Assembly: GCA_964016885.1 (NCBI GenBank)
Contig: OZ024740.1
Span: 160,952,001-161,016,000, forward strand
Direction: 5' to 3'
Origin: Eledone cirrhosa
Taxonomy: Eukaryota
Length of the DNA stretch: 64,000 nucleotides
Shown here: in pieces, positions 36,290-48,429 of the stretch
Numbering within the stretch: the stretch's first letter is position 1
Layout of the letters: each line of letters begins with the position of its first letter
Made by a program: the position numbers and the translations under genes
The notes under the pieces: model-generated
Told to the model about the DNA's origin: nothing
Databases searched by the model: none
Seen by the model: the letters and a program-made list of their open reading frames with translations, nothing else

Positions 36290-37470
36290 AAATTACAAGT
36301 TAATCCATGTGTTAGATTAAGGAAGTGATGTTTGGCACTATATATCCTACTTCAACAGAAATGCATGTCTGACTTGTGTCAATATACCTTGTGTTGCCTG
36401 GAGCACTATCAGTCAACAATAATGAGTTATGTTCTTTGCAACGATTTTTCAGTGTCAGACAAGTGCATGAAGAAATCTAATGGTTGAAAATTGTTACCAT
36501 CACCCAGGACTTTAAGCATGATTTACAAATAACAGACAAAGGAATTTATAATGTTTCTGTCATTAATCATAGCGTTTCTGAATGATAAACAGGTGCTGGT
36601 GTCAACTTGAAGGCACCTGAAACATTATCACGAAGTAGTAGTGTAAACAGTGTACCAACCTTGAAACAAAAGATGTTCCTTTATTTTCAGTTTCTTCTCT
36701 GGAGATGGAAATGCAAGAATGGTATTATTTTCCAGAAAAGATCAGTCTCATCTACCTTATCTGCAAGATAGGGAGAATACTTTCTACCCGTGATGATATA
36801 CTTCAGACAAATTTCTTGGCTGCCTGGGTGTCTGGATATTCAGCTCCACTAAACATAATGTAGTGTACTTAGTGACATTGTTTTCATCTTTAACCCTTTC
36901 ATTAATGTAAATCTAATGAAGTATACTGTTGATGTATTTCAATTAAATTTGAAAATAATCAAATATTTGGAAAAATTTAATAAAATAACTGTAGTAATAA
37001 GCTATTTCGTATATTACAAAATATTTCTTAAATAATATTATGTTGGAATGATTTTATATATAATTTTATACATTTTATAAAGCGTCTGTTTTGTATCATA
37101 AATGTGGAGCAGTTTCAGGTAGTTTAGTATCAACAGGGTTAAAACTAACTTCCTCTTGCCATAAATACTTCTGAACTCTCCTCCTCCTTAGTGCCTAAAT
37201 ATACTCGTTTTTCAATATCAGTTGGCTTAGTGGTATGTTGCATTCCATTTCATTGTCCCCTTGTATAAACAAGCACATCTTTTATTTTCTCTAAATATTT
37301 ACTCTTTTGATGAATTGCATTCTTCTTTGCTGATCAGAATGGGGTCATTATGGCAGAAACTTTTAATTTATCTGCATTTAATTTTATCTTTGATGAGACA
37401 AAGTTTAAATAATTGCCCACATATTTGAGATTCACTGCCTTCCAGTGGTCTCAGTACATGTAGTTTTATA
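36290..37470 (-). pseudogene. Fossil Tigger/pogo (DDE_1) transposase, not captured by the ORF track
   Basis: Minus-strand fragments in the correct order: IPLSQLILK, EVFMARGS*F, VDETDLFWKIIP (~36755-36720), FTLLLRDNVSGAFKLTPAPVYHSE, KSWV, LLLTDSAPG, VPNITSLI*HMD. Confidence 0.8.
36894..37138. mobile_element. piggyBac-type MITE nested in the Tigger fossil
   Basis: TTAA|CCCT...AGGG|TTAA termini; transposase homology resumes on both sides. Confidence 0.65.
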
Positions 37471-37689
37471 TCAAGTGTGATGTTTTTATTGGCACCTGAG
37501 ATGAACATTCAGCATTGTTGCAAGCCGTATTACTGTCATGATGAATAAACAATTGTAAGTATGCATGAGTTGTAATCATAAGTTCTTACATGTTAGGATA
37601 GAATTATAATAACGATATAGTGGGTCAGTTGCAGTAGAACTGTGTCAGTGACCAAGTTGCAGACTGTTTGATGAACCTTTTGACACTAA

Positions 37690-38090
37690 GAAATAAAGGT
37701 TACATATAAAGTAAAGTTAACATGAGCATAAGACCAACACAGCTTTTAGTTAGAAGGATAAAGCGTAAAGACACACTTCAGCCTCAAATGACCATGGAAT
37801 TTGCAACTAGAAAGTTCTACTCTGAGGTACAAGCCTGGACAAGGTGTTTTTGTGGAAGACTATCACACCCATTTCTCTACTCCATGCCACTGATATTGTT
37901 TGAGGGAAACGCAAAGGCTGATACAGCTTGGCACTAGTGACATTGCAACATACTTCTGAGTGAACTGGATTAATGTGAAATAAAGTGTTTTGTTAAAGGA
38001 CACAATTCATTGCCCAGTCCAGGAATCAAACTCACAACCTAACAATTGCCAATCCAATGCTCTACCTACAAATCCATGTGCTTCCAGAGC
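37690..38090 (-). mobile_element. Degenerate tRNA-SINE
   Basis: The minus strand has GGTTGTGAGTTTGATTCCTGGACTGGGC and TGTGTCCTTTAACAAAACACTTTATTTCAC. Confidence 0.65.
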
Positions 38091-38978
38091 TGGAGACATG
38101 GAGGATGTTGGACTTATGATACTCGGACTTGGTTTCTTCAATACTCTCAGCTGAAAATGAGTACCAGCAATAGTTGTGGAGTTAACCCAACAGCAGACTG
38201 ACATCCTGTGCAGGGAGGACTTTTGTATTTCCAGTCACTTAATGTCAATAAAAACTGGCATAAACATGGGACTGATGAGTTGGAGGGAACAATCAATTAA
38301 ATCAATCCCAGTATTTACACTATTTTCATGAACAAGAGGACCCTTCACTTGTGTCAAGGTTATGATAACTTCTCAAGTGTTGGTGACATGATAACATCTA
38401 CCCAGTACATCCTGTAAAGTGGATGGTGATAGGAAGCGCATCCAGTTTTAGAAATCTTATCAAACAAAGAATCAAGGGGACCCTTCAGGTGCATCCAAGA
38501 CACGACAGCTTCCTTAGTGCTGGTACCACGATAAAATGCACCTATTGCACTCTGTAGATTATGGGAACTAATGTAAGCAAAATACATTCCCCAGCCTGAC
38601 AGAGAGATCAATAGCTTTGATTAAGTATTGACTTAATCTGTGATGACCCATCCAACTCTTGGTAACAGGGAAAGCAGATGTAAAATGAAGAGGATGATTC
38701 TTTTATTATTTATTTTCATGAGAGCAATGAATTGGTTGAATCATTAGAGCATCAAACAGAATGCCCTGTCATATTTATTCTGTTTCAGCTTTCTAAAATA
38801 TAGTACCATTTCAGTAATGTTCTAAATTTAATTAACTAAATCCTCACAATATAATTCCTGGCCTTGTGTTTATGTTAAAACTCATTAGTATCAATCATCA
38901 TATGTCCACATCCCTGCTGGCTAAAGTTGGACAGGCTATCACATTCAAAGTTACTGTCCCACACTCAATGGGCCAGGA

Positions 38979-38996
38979 TTTCTTCTTCTTCTTCTT

Positions 38997-39026
<30 letters not shown>
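38979..39026. repeat. (CTT)n microsatellite
   Basis: Directly visible. Confidence 0.95.
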
Positions 39027-39027
<1 letters not shown>

Positions 39028-40079
39028 ACATTGAAATATAGTTGACACTTTCCATTTACTTTGATGCCTTAGAACAAAATGATTTCTCTCTCCCTCTCTC
39101 TTTCTCTCTCATCCATGCATAGTTGTTGGGATGATTGAAGTTGCGATGATGATGATGGTGAGGGTTATCGGTTGTCAGAGGAGAAGGGGTCAAAGTGTTG
39201 TGTGAGTGGAAGCAAATGTATGGCATATTGCTTGCGCAGAATTTTACAATATTGTATGCTTTGATGGTATATACAACCACATGATAGCATGCAAACTGAC
39301 AACATTATGGCCAGGAGGCCGACAACCTATCTGTTAAGACAGGGCTGCTTTTCTCACAAAACTTATATGTCTATTCATACATAAAAGCAGTTTTCTCACA
39401 CATCCAATATGCTGCTTGTTAAACATTTGTGTCAGTAGAGTGAAGATATTAAATACCTTCTTTGCATCGGAATCAATAAAAGACTTATTTTTCTTATTGT
39501 CTGTGAGAAACTTGTGTGCATTTGTGAATTTGTGTATGTATGTGTTTATAAATATATATATTCATATATACACATATACATGCACACACACTTACATATA
39601 TATAAAATATTAATAAATGCATTTATATGTGCATATAAATATACTCATGCATATAGTGGTATATATATATGTATGTGTGTGCGTATGTCAGTGTATTTAA
39701 ACAGATTTAGATGCAAATGTAAATATGTTTATTTATGTGAGTATGTATTTATGTACCAATGTATAACATATATTTATGTGTGTCATCATTAACATCATTT
39801 TTATATCCATTTTTCTCTGCTTGTATATATTGCATGTGAATATAAAAATATTGTTATATGTATGAATATATTTTGATGCATGTACATATGTTTATTAATG
39901 TCCATATGAGTGTGCACATATGTGTGTGTGTACATTGATGTGTCAGTATTCATATATTTATGAGTGTAAGCACACACAGTAGTTACTTATAGATAGTCTT
40001 ATGAGTTCCTGGCAGCAAATGTCTTTGAATAAGTAAACATCTATATATATGTATGTTGACAGAGAACTGAGTACATATA

Positions 40080-40098
40080 TATATTCATATATACATAC

Positions 40099-40143
<45 letters not shown>

Positions 40144-40207
40144 TGCACACATAAATACTTATGCAAGTAAACAAAGTTTTGTTCATTTCTATGTAGTTGT
40201 GAGTATT

Positions 40208-40246
<39 letters not shown>

Positions 40247-40264
40247 CATCATCATCATATATAT

Positions 40265-40307
<43 letters not shown>

Positions 40308-40786
40308 CAGGTATATATTTGGTCCATAATGCTACCTATACCAACACAAACATAAACCACAACAGCAACAACATCATCATGAATGGCAGCAGTAGCAGCT
40401 ATTATAGCAGCAAGAATGGCAATAAAAACACTAAGGCACTAATCACAACTAAACAACACAAACAGCCATTTTGGTGATAAATTCAGTTAGACAAGCAAAT
40501 CGGTATCTAAGTGTTTTGGAACTCTAAAATAGATTTTGTTGGCCACATATATATAGATTTGGAAATAGCAAAGCGTCAAGCAAGCATTGTTGCATTTGTC
40601 TTGGAGATTCAAATACTATATGACAGTTTCTATCAAAATGACGCAACCGAATGGAAATGTAAGCTGAAACCACATAAGTGGGTCTCAAACTATGTATATG
40701 TATGTTTATGTGTCTGTGTATGTGTGTATGTATCTATCTGTGTGTGTGTGTGTGCAAGAATGTATGTATATATGTATGTATGTGTG

Positions 40787-40884
<98 letters not shown>

Positions 40885-40901
40885 CACACACACACACATA
40901 A

Positions 40902-40933
<32 letters not shown>

Positions 40934-41015
40934 TTGTGTATATATATATATGTATGTATGTATGTATTTATATACATATGTATATATATGGACACGCACA
41001 CACACACACACACAT

Positions 41016-41070
<55 letters not shown>
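40080..41070. repeat. Compound (TA)n/(CA)n/(TG)n microsatellite fields
   Basis: Directly visible. Confidence 0.9.
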
Positions 41071-41071
<1 letters not shown>

Positions 41072-41254
41072 TCTTTTACTAGGGCTGTGGTACCACATTG
41101 AAGATCTTTCTTTCCAATCATAACAACCCAAGAATTTATTTATTAAAGACTTACACTTTTTTTAATCTCTATTTGTCAAACTGCTAGGTTACAGAACATC
41201 TACAAACAGTAGAGATTGTTAAGAAATTGCAAGGCAAATTCAAACATATTAGTA

Positions 41255-41535
41255 TGAGTTTAAATCCCGCCTAGGTTAACTTTGCCTTTCATCCTTACGG
41301 GGTGGATAAAATAAAGTACCAGTAATGCACTGGGATAATTGCTGGCCTTGTGCCAAAAGTAGAAACAATTATTATATATTCGTATTACATTACTCTGGAT
41401 TAGCATTGTTGGTAAAACATCAGACAACATGCTATGTGGCAAACAGTTATGGCCGTTTGCATTCTGAGTTCAAATGCCACTCAAGTGAGCTTTGTCTTTC
41501 ATCTGGGGTTGATAAAATAAAGTACCAGTAATGCA
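41255..41535 (+). mobile_element. Two fragments of SINE family B
   Basis: AGGTTAACTTTGCCTTTCATCCTTACGGGGT.GATAAAATAAAGTACCAGT core shared with 57320, 60470 and 61746. Confidence 0.8.
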
Positions 41536-41581
41536 TTTGATAACAACACGAAAACCATTACCAAATTTGTAACCTATTTAA

Positions 41582-41801
41582 CCCTTTAGCATTTAAACCA
41601 GCTGTATCTGGCCAGAGTTTTCTCTACTCTTTCTGTTCAAACCAGCTGTAACTGGCCACTCATACCTACAATAAGGTATTGTCCTCAAAATAGATAACAT
41701 CAACTGTCCGGGGATTCTCTCCTAAGACGTTCTAACCGTGAAATAAAGCTTTTACCATGAAAATATAATAGTATATATAGAGTAATGTAAATGCTAAAGG
41801 G
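41582..41801. mobile_element. piggyBac-type MITE
   Basis: Perfect 14-bp TIR CCCTTTAGCATTTA / TAAATGCTAAAGGG with TTAA on both sides. Confidence 0.88.
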
Positions 41802-42907
41802 TTAAGCCAACGTAAGCATTCTTCTCATTTCAGTTGGTCTTTCCATTTAAATCAAGATTTACTCTGGTGCAAACAGAATGCAATGAAAATGTGTGTGAAT
41901 ATGTGTGAGTGTGGAAATGTATGTGTAGATGTTTGTATACAAATGCATTTCTAGTTTGCATCTTAAGGCACTTTGCACTCGGTATGTTAACACAAACTCA
42001 GCTACAGATCATAGCTTGCTACTCAGAATTTCCATTCTAAAATTCTAACCACCAAATTAAATACCATGAATAAATCAAAGTAAACTTTTTCCTCCTACCA
42101 CAAATTTAATTTTATCTTTTCTGCTTAATTTTTTCAGCTACATCTATATCTACACAAACAAACACACACTTTCTTGCTCTCTCTCTCTCTCATATATATA
42201 ATTATGGGTGAATTCCCAGTGTGGATCAGGAAATGATCAGTTAAAAAGGGGTACTCAATACGTTTGTAGGGTATAGGTATCTTTATTTTATATGGAAATG
42301 ACTTCTACATCACTATAATCTCTGTCAGTCCACTACCAGTGACTAGTATTTCATTTATTGATCTTATTGATGTAATGAACCAGATTAATACTACATGTCA
42401 TTGTATCCAGCACTTGGATATTTCTTTATATTTCCTGCCATACACCCATTAAGTGAACAAGAAATAAGAATGTCTTGTTCTCCCTCTTTTCCTAATTAAA
42501 TATGTGAAGTGATTCCAACTGTGAATCTTCAAAATCTTTAGTCTCAAGCACAGCAGCTGTTATTTATAAATAACAACATTGACAATAATGATTATCAATT
42601 CTTTTATTATTTCCAACAAGGATGATAAATGAGGGAATAATAATAATAACCATTTCTTTTATAATGCTAATTGTTTTATTATTCAATATTTTGGAAATTT
42701 CTCTAAAGAATTACCCCAGGGAATCTGTGTTGTCCAAAATGGTCTGTCTGTACTATGTTCAGAAAAATATATGGTAATTATACTAAACAAATACAAAAGT
42801 ATCTAGATAGTCAGGATTGTTATAGGTTTCCATAAACATCATTATAAATACTAACTGAGTATTCCACATAACTTTGAGCAGTACATGTGACTTTAGATAT
42901 CATATTT

Positions 42908-42968
42908 GACATTGGGTATCACATGTGACATTGGTTATCACATGTGACTTATGGTATTACATGTGACT
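42908..42968. repeat. 19-20-bp minisatellite x3 (TGACATTGGKTATCACATG)
   Basis: Directly visible. Confidence 0.7.
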
Positions 42969-43824
42969 GGGCATTTATTAAATATAACTTTGGACATGGC
43001 ATGCGAATTCATTTACAGCAGGAAGTTTAACAGTATAGAAATATGAGAAGAGGATTAGTGCAAGGACATCCCCTTGCTTCCCAAAAGTTTTTGGTCTCAA
43101 ATGATGGTGCTGCTGATGCATTTGACAGTTCTAAATACCTCATGCCATGAAAGGAGAGAGTGATGGCAAGACATTTTGTTGGGATGCCATGTTTCTGAAG
43201 TATTTTCACTGTGTATCATGGCATATCCTGTTAAAACCTTAATATAACTGTCTGTTTGATGGAGGAGGAACTTTATTATTCAGTTGGATCAGGATTTTCA
43301 TCTAGTGCTTAACTTGGATTATTGTCTTACTGTGTATAGGCTCATACAAAGCTAGTAATAGGCCCTGGTCAGATTGGAAATAAAGTGTTTTAGTAATCAT
43401 GAAGTATATTAGTAATCAGTGTTAAATATATATGATTTTATATGGGTTACAATATATGTATGTACATATAATATACTTGATACACAACATCCCGGATTAC
43501 TTATCAGGTGTCCACACCTTCCTCTCTACCCTCAACGTCAAGTATCACTTGATGTTGATGAGGGTTTGACCAGAGAGGAAGATTCCTCTTTTCAAAACTT
43601 TTTGATGTCCCCACCATTCAGTTTCCTTTGCCGTAGTTACCATGTGGAGAAAGACTTGCCATGCTTCCATTCTAAAGAAAGGTGGTGGCTCAATTTTCAC
43701 TATACTGGAATACCTGGATCTGTCCTACATGTGATAGCAATGCACAAGCACTGCCAGATAGTATGCAGGCACACAGGAGGAGACAGACACACACACACAT
43801 ATATATATATATATAGGACACACC

Positions 43825-43883
<59 letters not shown>

Positions 43884-44364
43884 AACACATAGACAGGAGT
43901 GTTGGCCCTCTTTTCTTTTACCCCACCCATGCCCCCGAAACAAGAAGACGACGACGAAGAAGCAGAACTGACCAACACACTCCTACAAGAAGAAGAAACA
44001 GAAGGAAACAGGAGGACACAGGACTGACCAACCAAACAAAACAGGACTGACCAACCAAACGAAGCATGCATCACAATATGTCTGGCTGTTGGCACTTCTG
44101 TGCCTGTAAAGCATCTCTCGAATTGGTAGTGGCCCTCTGCGTCACTATTATGCTAAAGATTTTTGGAAATTGTTCATAATCCTCAACCTGAAAGTCCTCT
44201 AGGGGAGTCTATTCAAACTGTTGTCATCAATACCCAGAACCACTTCCAGTTCATCATTGCTCATGCAGCTTAGTAACCCACTTTAGAAAGCTAGTGTTTT
44301 CAGATTACTTATTGTATTGCCCAACTGGTAAAGTGCTGTGAGTGCCTGAAAGCACTCTAGATGC

Positions 44365-44520
44365 TATAATAATAATAATGATAAATATAATAATAACGAT
44401 AATATTAAAAGTATTAATGATGGTAATAATAATAACAATACTGATAATAATGATAGTAACAGTAATAATGATAATGATAATAATAGAAATAATTATAATG
44501 GAAATAGTAATAATAATAAA
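44365..44520. repeat. Degenerate (AAT)n repeat
   Basis: Directly visible; the poly-Ile ORFs are artefacts. Confidence 0.9.
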
Positions 44521-45076
44521 AATCAGTTTCTTTTCCATAATGGAAGTTTCTCCATCATCTGTAATTTTCAGCAACAATTAAAGAACAATAAGTTCTGGTT
44601 TGTTATTCGAGCAAATAATGGAGTAAACATATCGCTGAGATGAAGAATGTCTTTAATTATTGGCAATCAGGATAAACGCAACTCAATAGAAATCACCAAA
44701 ATCAGATTATTGGTTCCATTTAGCAATTTATATGGCTTCCTGTCTTTTAATATGAAAAATATGGTGGGAGGAGCTGACCAGAAGCAGTATCTATTTGCAG
44801 AATTTCTATTGAATCTACCCTATCTCTTTATTTACTGCTTATATGTCTATCTATCTCTCTATATGTATATCTATCTATCTACTTATTTGTTTCTTAATGT
44901 ATGAGTGTTGTGTCTGTGTGTTCATATGCAATTACACATGCTAGCACATGCATAACTATATAAATACAGACACATATTGCTACTTGAAATACATATTGTT
45001 TGCTCTTAGCCTGTTAAACACACACACACAGACGCACCCACCTCCCACACACACCCACACACACTGACATATAGAT

Positions 45077-45369
45077 CATCATCATCATCATTTTACGTCC
45101 GTTCTTCCATGCTAGCATGGGTTAGATGGGTTGTCCTGTTGTGGGCAGTGTCCGGTTGGCTGACCATGTCTTGCTCATACGGGAACTGATTCTGGCTTGA
45201 TTTCTACAGCTGGATGCCCTTCCTAACACCAACCTCATTTACAGTGAGTGCTGGGTGCTTTTTTGCCATGGCGCCTACACGTCCACTTTACAGTGTAGGC
45301 TGGGTGCTTTTTTGCTGTGGCACCTCCACGACCACTTTGCAGTGGGAGGGTGTGGGGGCATATAGACAA

Positions 45370-45403
<34 letters not shown>

Positions 45404-45905
45404 TCATCATTGTATATCATCATCATCATCGTTTAACGTCCATCTTCCACGCTTGCATGGGTTTGGACAGGAATTTTCCCACTTGAGGCAAGATTGGTTG
45501 TCTTGCTCGTATAGGACTGTCTGGTGGGTTTTCTACGGCTGGATGCCCTTCCTAATACCAACCACATTTACAGTGTGGACTGGGAGGTTTTTACTGTGTT
45601 ACCCACACGGCCACATTGCAGCGTGGACTGTGTCTTTTTGTATATATATATATATATCATCATCATTGTTTAACGTCTATTTTCCATGCTAGTATGGGTT
45701 AGACAGGTTATCCCATTTGAGGCAAGTTGGGGCAGGTGACCATGTCTTACACAAATAGAACTGTTTCTGGCTACATTTCTACGTCTGAATACCCTTTCTA
45801 ATGTCAACCACATTTACAATGAGTGCTGGGTGGTTTTTGTCATGACTCCTACGCGATCACATTACAGTGTGGGCTAGGGGATTTTTGTTGTAACATTTAC
45901 ACAAC
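45077..45905 (-). mobile_element. Three stacked RTE/SINE 3' UTR fragments, each with a (GAT)n tail
   Basis: Units at ~45077-45368, 45418-45640 and 45657-45905, each with (CAT)n and a GGATGCCCTTCCTAA-like core. Confidence 0.8.
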
Positions 45906-46028
45906 TACTTCATATATGTATATATATCTATAATTTTATGTAAGTGATCAAGACAATTTCATATGTCAAAGTAAAAGCATTCAGTATATTATATGTTTTA
46001 CAATTAGAGAATATTTGTCAATCCATGG

Positions 46029-46080
46029 TACTATTTTATTTCAAGTACACTCCAACTGGTTGAGTACCTTTCATCAGGCA
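46029..46080 (-). ncRNA. Degenerate hammerhead motif, probably an old PLE 3' end
   Basis: TGC-CTGATGA-AAGGTACTCAACCAGTTGGAGTGTACTT-GAAA-TAAAA-TA/GTA. The core is canonical and stem II is good, but stem I is weak. Confidence 0.55.
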
Positions 46081-47171
46081 AAATTTCAAGATTTCTTTCC
46101 TGTCTGCCTCTTCTATACCAGCTTCAATGCCTTCAACTAAGGAATTGCATAACATTTGACATTCTGTGCACCCATTTCCCATTCTACCATCATCTCTATT
46201 GTGTTTATCCCCCTCCAGCCTATAATAAATGTTTTATGCAATTGTTGTTTGTAAGAAAGAGTATTATGCTGAATGAGAGTTGTATATGAAAGAGTTGAGC
46301 ACTGAATGTTTAACAGCCTGTAATGATCTAGCAGAAAATATTCAAATATTTCAAATGTTTGTAGCATCCTTCTAATGGACAGATTTTGAAAATTTGCAGC
46401 AAATAAAAGTAAAGGCTTTAATTTTGAATGTGATGCAATCATTGGTGCTGTCTTGTATTTTTCAAAAATGTCTTCCTAATATGGTTTTATGGGGTGTAAG
46501 ATGAAAAGAGTTAATGTGAAAGAGGGAGACCAAGAATGGTTCGTTTGAGGTTGCAAAAGAATTACCTAAAACAACTGAACGCCATGAAGGTGATACCACA
46601 ATACAAAAAGCCTGTCCAGCAGCACAAGCACTGTGACACTGAAAGTAAACATGGTTATAGACTGATTGTTACGGTGTTTGGCAATTGAACAGAGACAATA
46701 AAGGGGAGTGACAGAACCCTTTAGTCTGAATGATCATGGGACAAATTCTCTACTGCTGGTGCCATGAAAAAGTGCACCCACCCCACTTAATAAAGTGGAA
46801 GTGCTGGTGCCACAATAAATCACACCCAGTCCACTGTGTAAGATGATTGGTGTTTGGGAGCGCTTCCAACCACAGAAACCATGTCAAATATGGAATGTAT
46901 GAGCAAAATGAAGTCACTCTGATCTGTCTAGTCTCAAACCATGATAAACTCATGCCTGCATAGAAAGCAGACGTAAAAAAGATGATGATGGTGATGATGA
47001 TTGCTAGAACTGCAGCCTGCAGTATTTGGTTCAACTTACATATTTTCCAGTCATTTCTATCGTGCAAATTTTTACACTCAATATCAATCATATTGATTTT
47101 ACATTCTAACAAAGGTCGCGAGCTCTATCTCCACATAACCAACTAATTATCACTCAATATATAAATCTTTT

Positions 47172-47365
47172 CTGACGTCATGCAGTAATACAGAAGACCC
47201 GACCCCCTACGAGAACAAGCTGAAGCTGAAGCATATAGACAATATGCCCCCACACCCTCCCACTGCAAAGTGGTCATGGGGGTGCCACGGCAAAAAAGCA
47301 CCCAGCCCACACTGTAAAGTGGACATGTAGGTGCCACAGAAAAAAAGCACCCACCACTTACTGTA
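47172..47365 (+). mobile_element. RTE 3' end fragment
   Basis: Reverse complement of ~9370-9540. Confidence 0.75.
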
Positions 47366-47369
47366 TATT

Positions 47370-48400
47370 AGGAAAATAAGAAAAACAGTAAAAAATGTTA
47401 ATGGGATTTCTCATAGAATAACAGCATTTATTTGAAAAAAAGGCAATTTATTGTACCGGTTTCAGCCAAAAGTAATTTAGGCTTCTTCATGCTACAGGAA
47501 ATATGATTAAAAAATGTATAATAAAATTAAGGTGTATATTAATAAGATGAGGGTATAAGAGAGGGATCAGAGTTCTGCTTCAAACAGGGGCAATGCTTTA
47601 TGGTGAAAAACAATTTCACATGTGCATCAGAAAACCTTATATACGTATTAACTTGCTTGGGCTGTTGAGAGTAGCGCATAGGACAGACTAAAAATAGTCT
47701 TCATCAATGTATGACCGTTCATAGATCTCAAATTAAAATACAAGAATACAGAAAAATAGCACTGAATAAACACATTGAGACCTGCGCCCCTAATGAACTA
47801 CCCAACTTCAGAATTTTTCCCCCTATATTTATTTAAAGACAATGCTACCCACATTGAACACATTAGCAAAGAATCATACTTTATCACAAAATACGAACTC
47901 TGTTTAAGTGCATCCACCACAGACGAAACTGCAACAAGCACCCATCATTGACAACGTTGGTCAAATTAAGAACAACAGTATTTCCTATAAAAATACTAAG
48001 AAAGATAGATATATTTAGAAACAATCACTACTTTAGGTCAATTTTTAACACCAATGAACAAATTAAGAACAACAGTATTTCCTACAGAAATACTAAGAAA
48101 AATAGATATGTTTAGAAACATTCACTACTTCAGGTCAATTTTAAGGTCACTCTACCATTAAGGTGAGTCCCACGGACAGCTTCTATTACTACTACTGATA
48201 TTAATAATATTACTACCTCACGTCCTCGCTGTCTCTTTCTGCTTCTACTTCTCCTCCTTCAACTCCCCTTCATCCTTTGTTAAAGCCTTATTATTACTAC
48301 CACACCTCCTTCTTCCTTTTCTTCTTCTTTTTCTTCTTCTCGGTCCCTACAAGCAACAACAGCTGACACCAAAGCACATATTAAAAAATAACACCACCAC
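47370..48400 (+). mobile_element. PLE fragment: inverted hammerhead-like segment (47450-47496, -), GIY-YIG (47560-47910) and 3' UTR with a ~97-bp tandem duplication
   Basis: EGSEFCFKQGQCFMVKNNFTCASENLIYVLTCLGC*E*RIGQTKNSLHQCMTVHRSQI, same family as 155-2080. The minus strand reads ATGAAGA-AGCC..GGCT-GAAA-CCGG-TA. Confidence 0.8.
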
Positions 48401-48429
48401 AACCACCAATAACTTCACCAAATGCTAAA

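Noticed and set aside
43027-44300. Possible host exons in unique-looking sequence
   Set aside because: No recognisable protein motif or consistent splice-bounded open frame could be supported by eye.
46068-46137. AG/GT-bounded ~69-nt candidate exon on the minus strand (EGIEAGIEEADRKEILKFCLMK)
   Set aside because: It overlaps the hammerhead core of a probable PLE terminus, and no partner exons were found.
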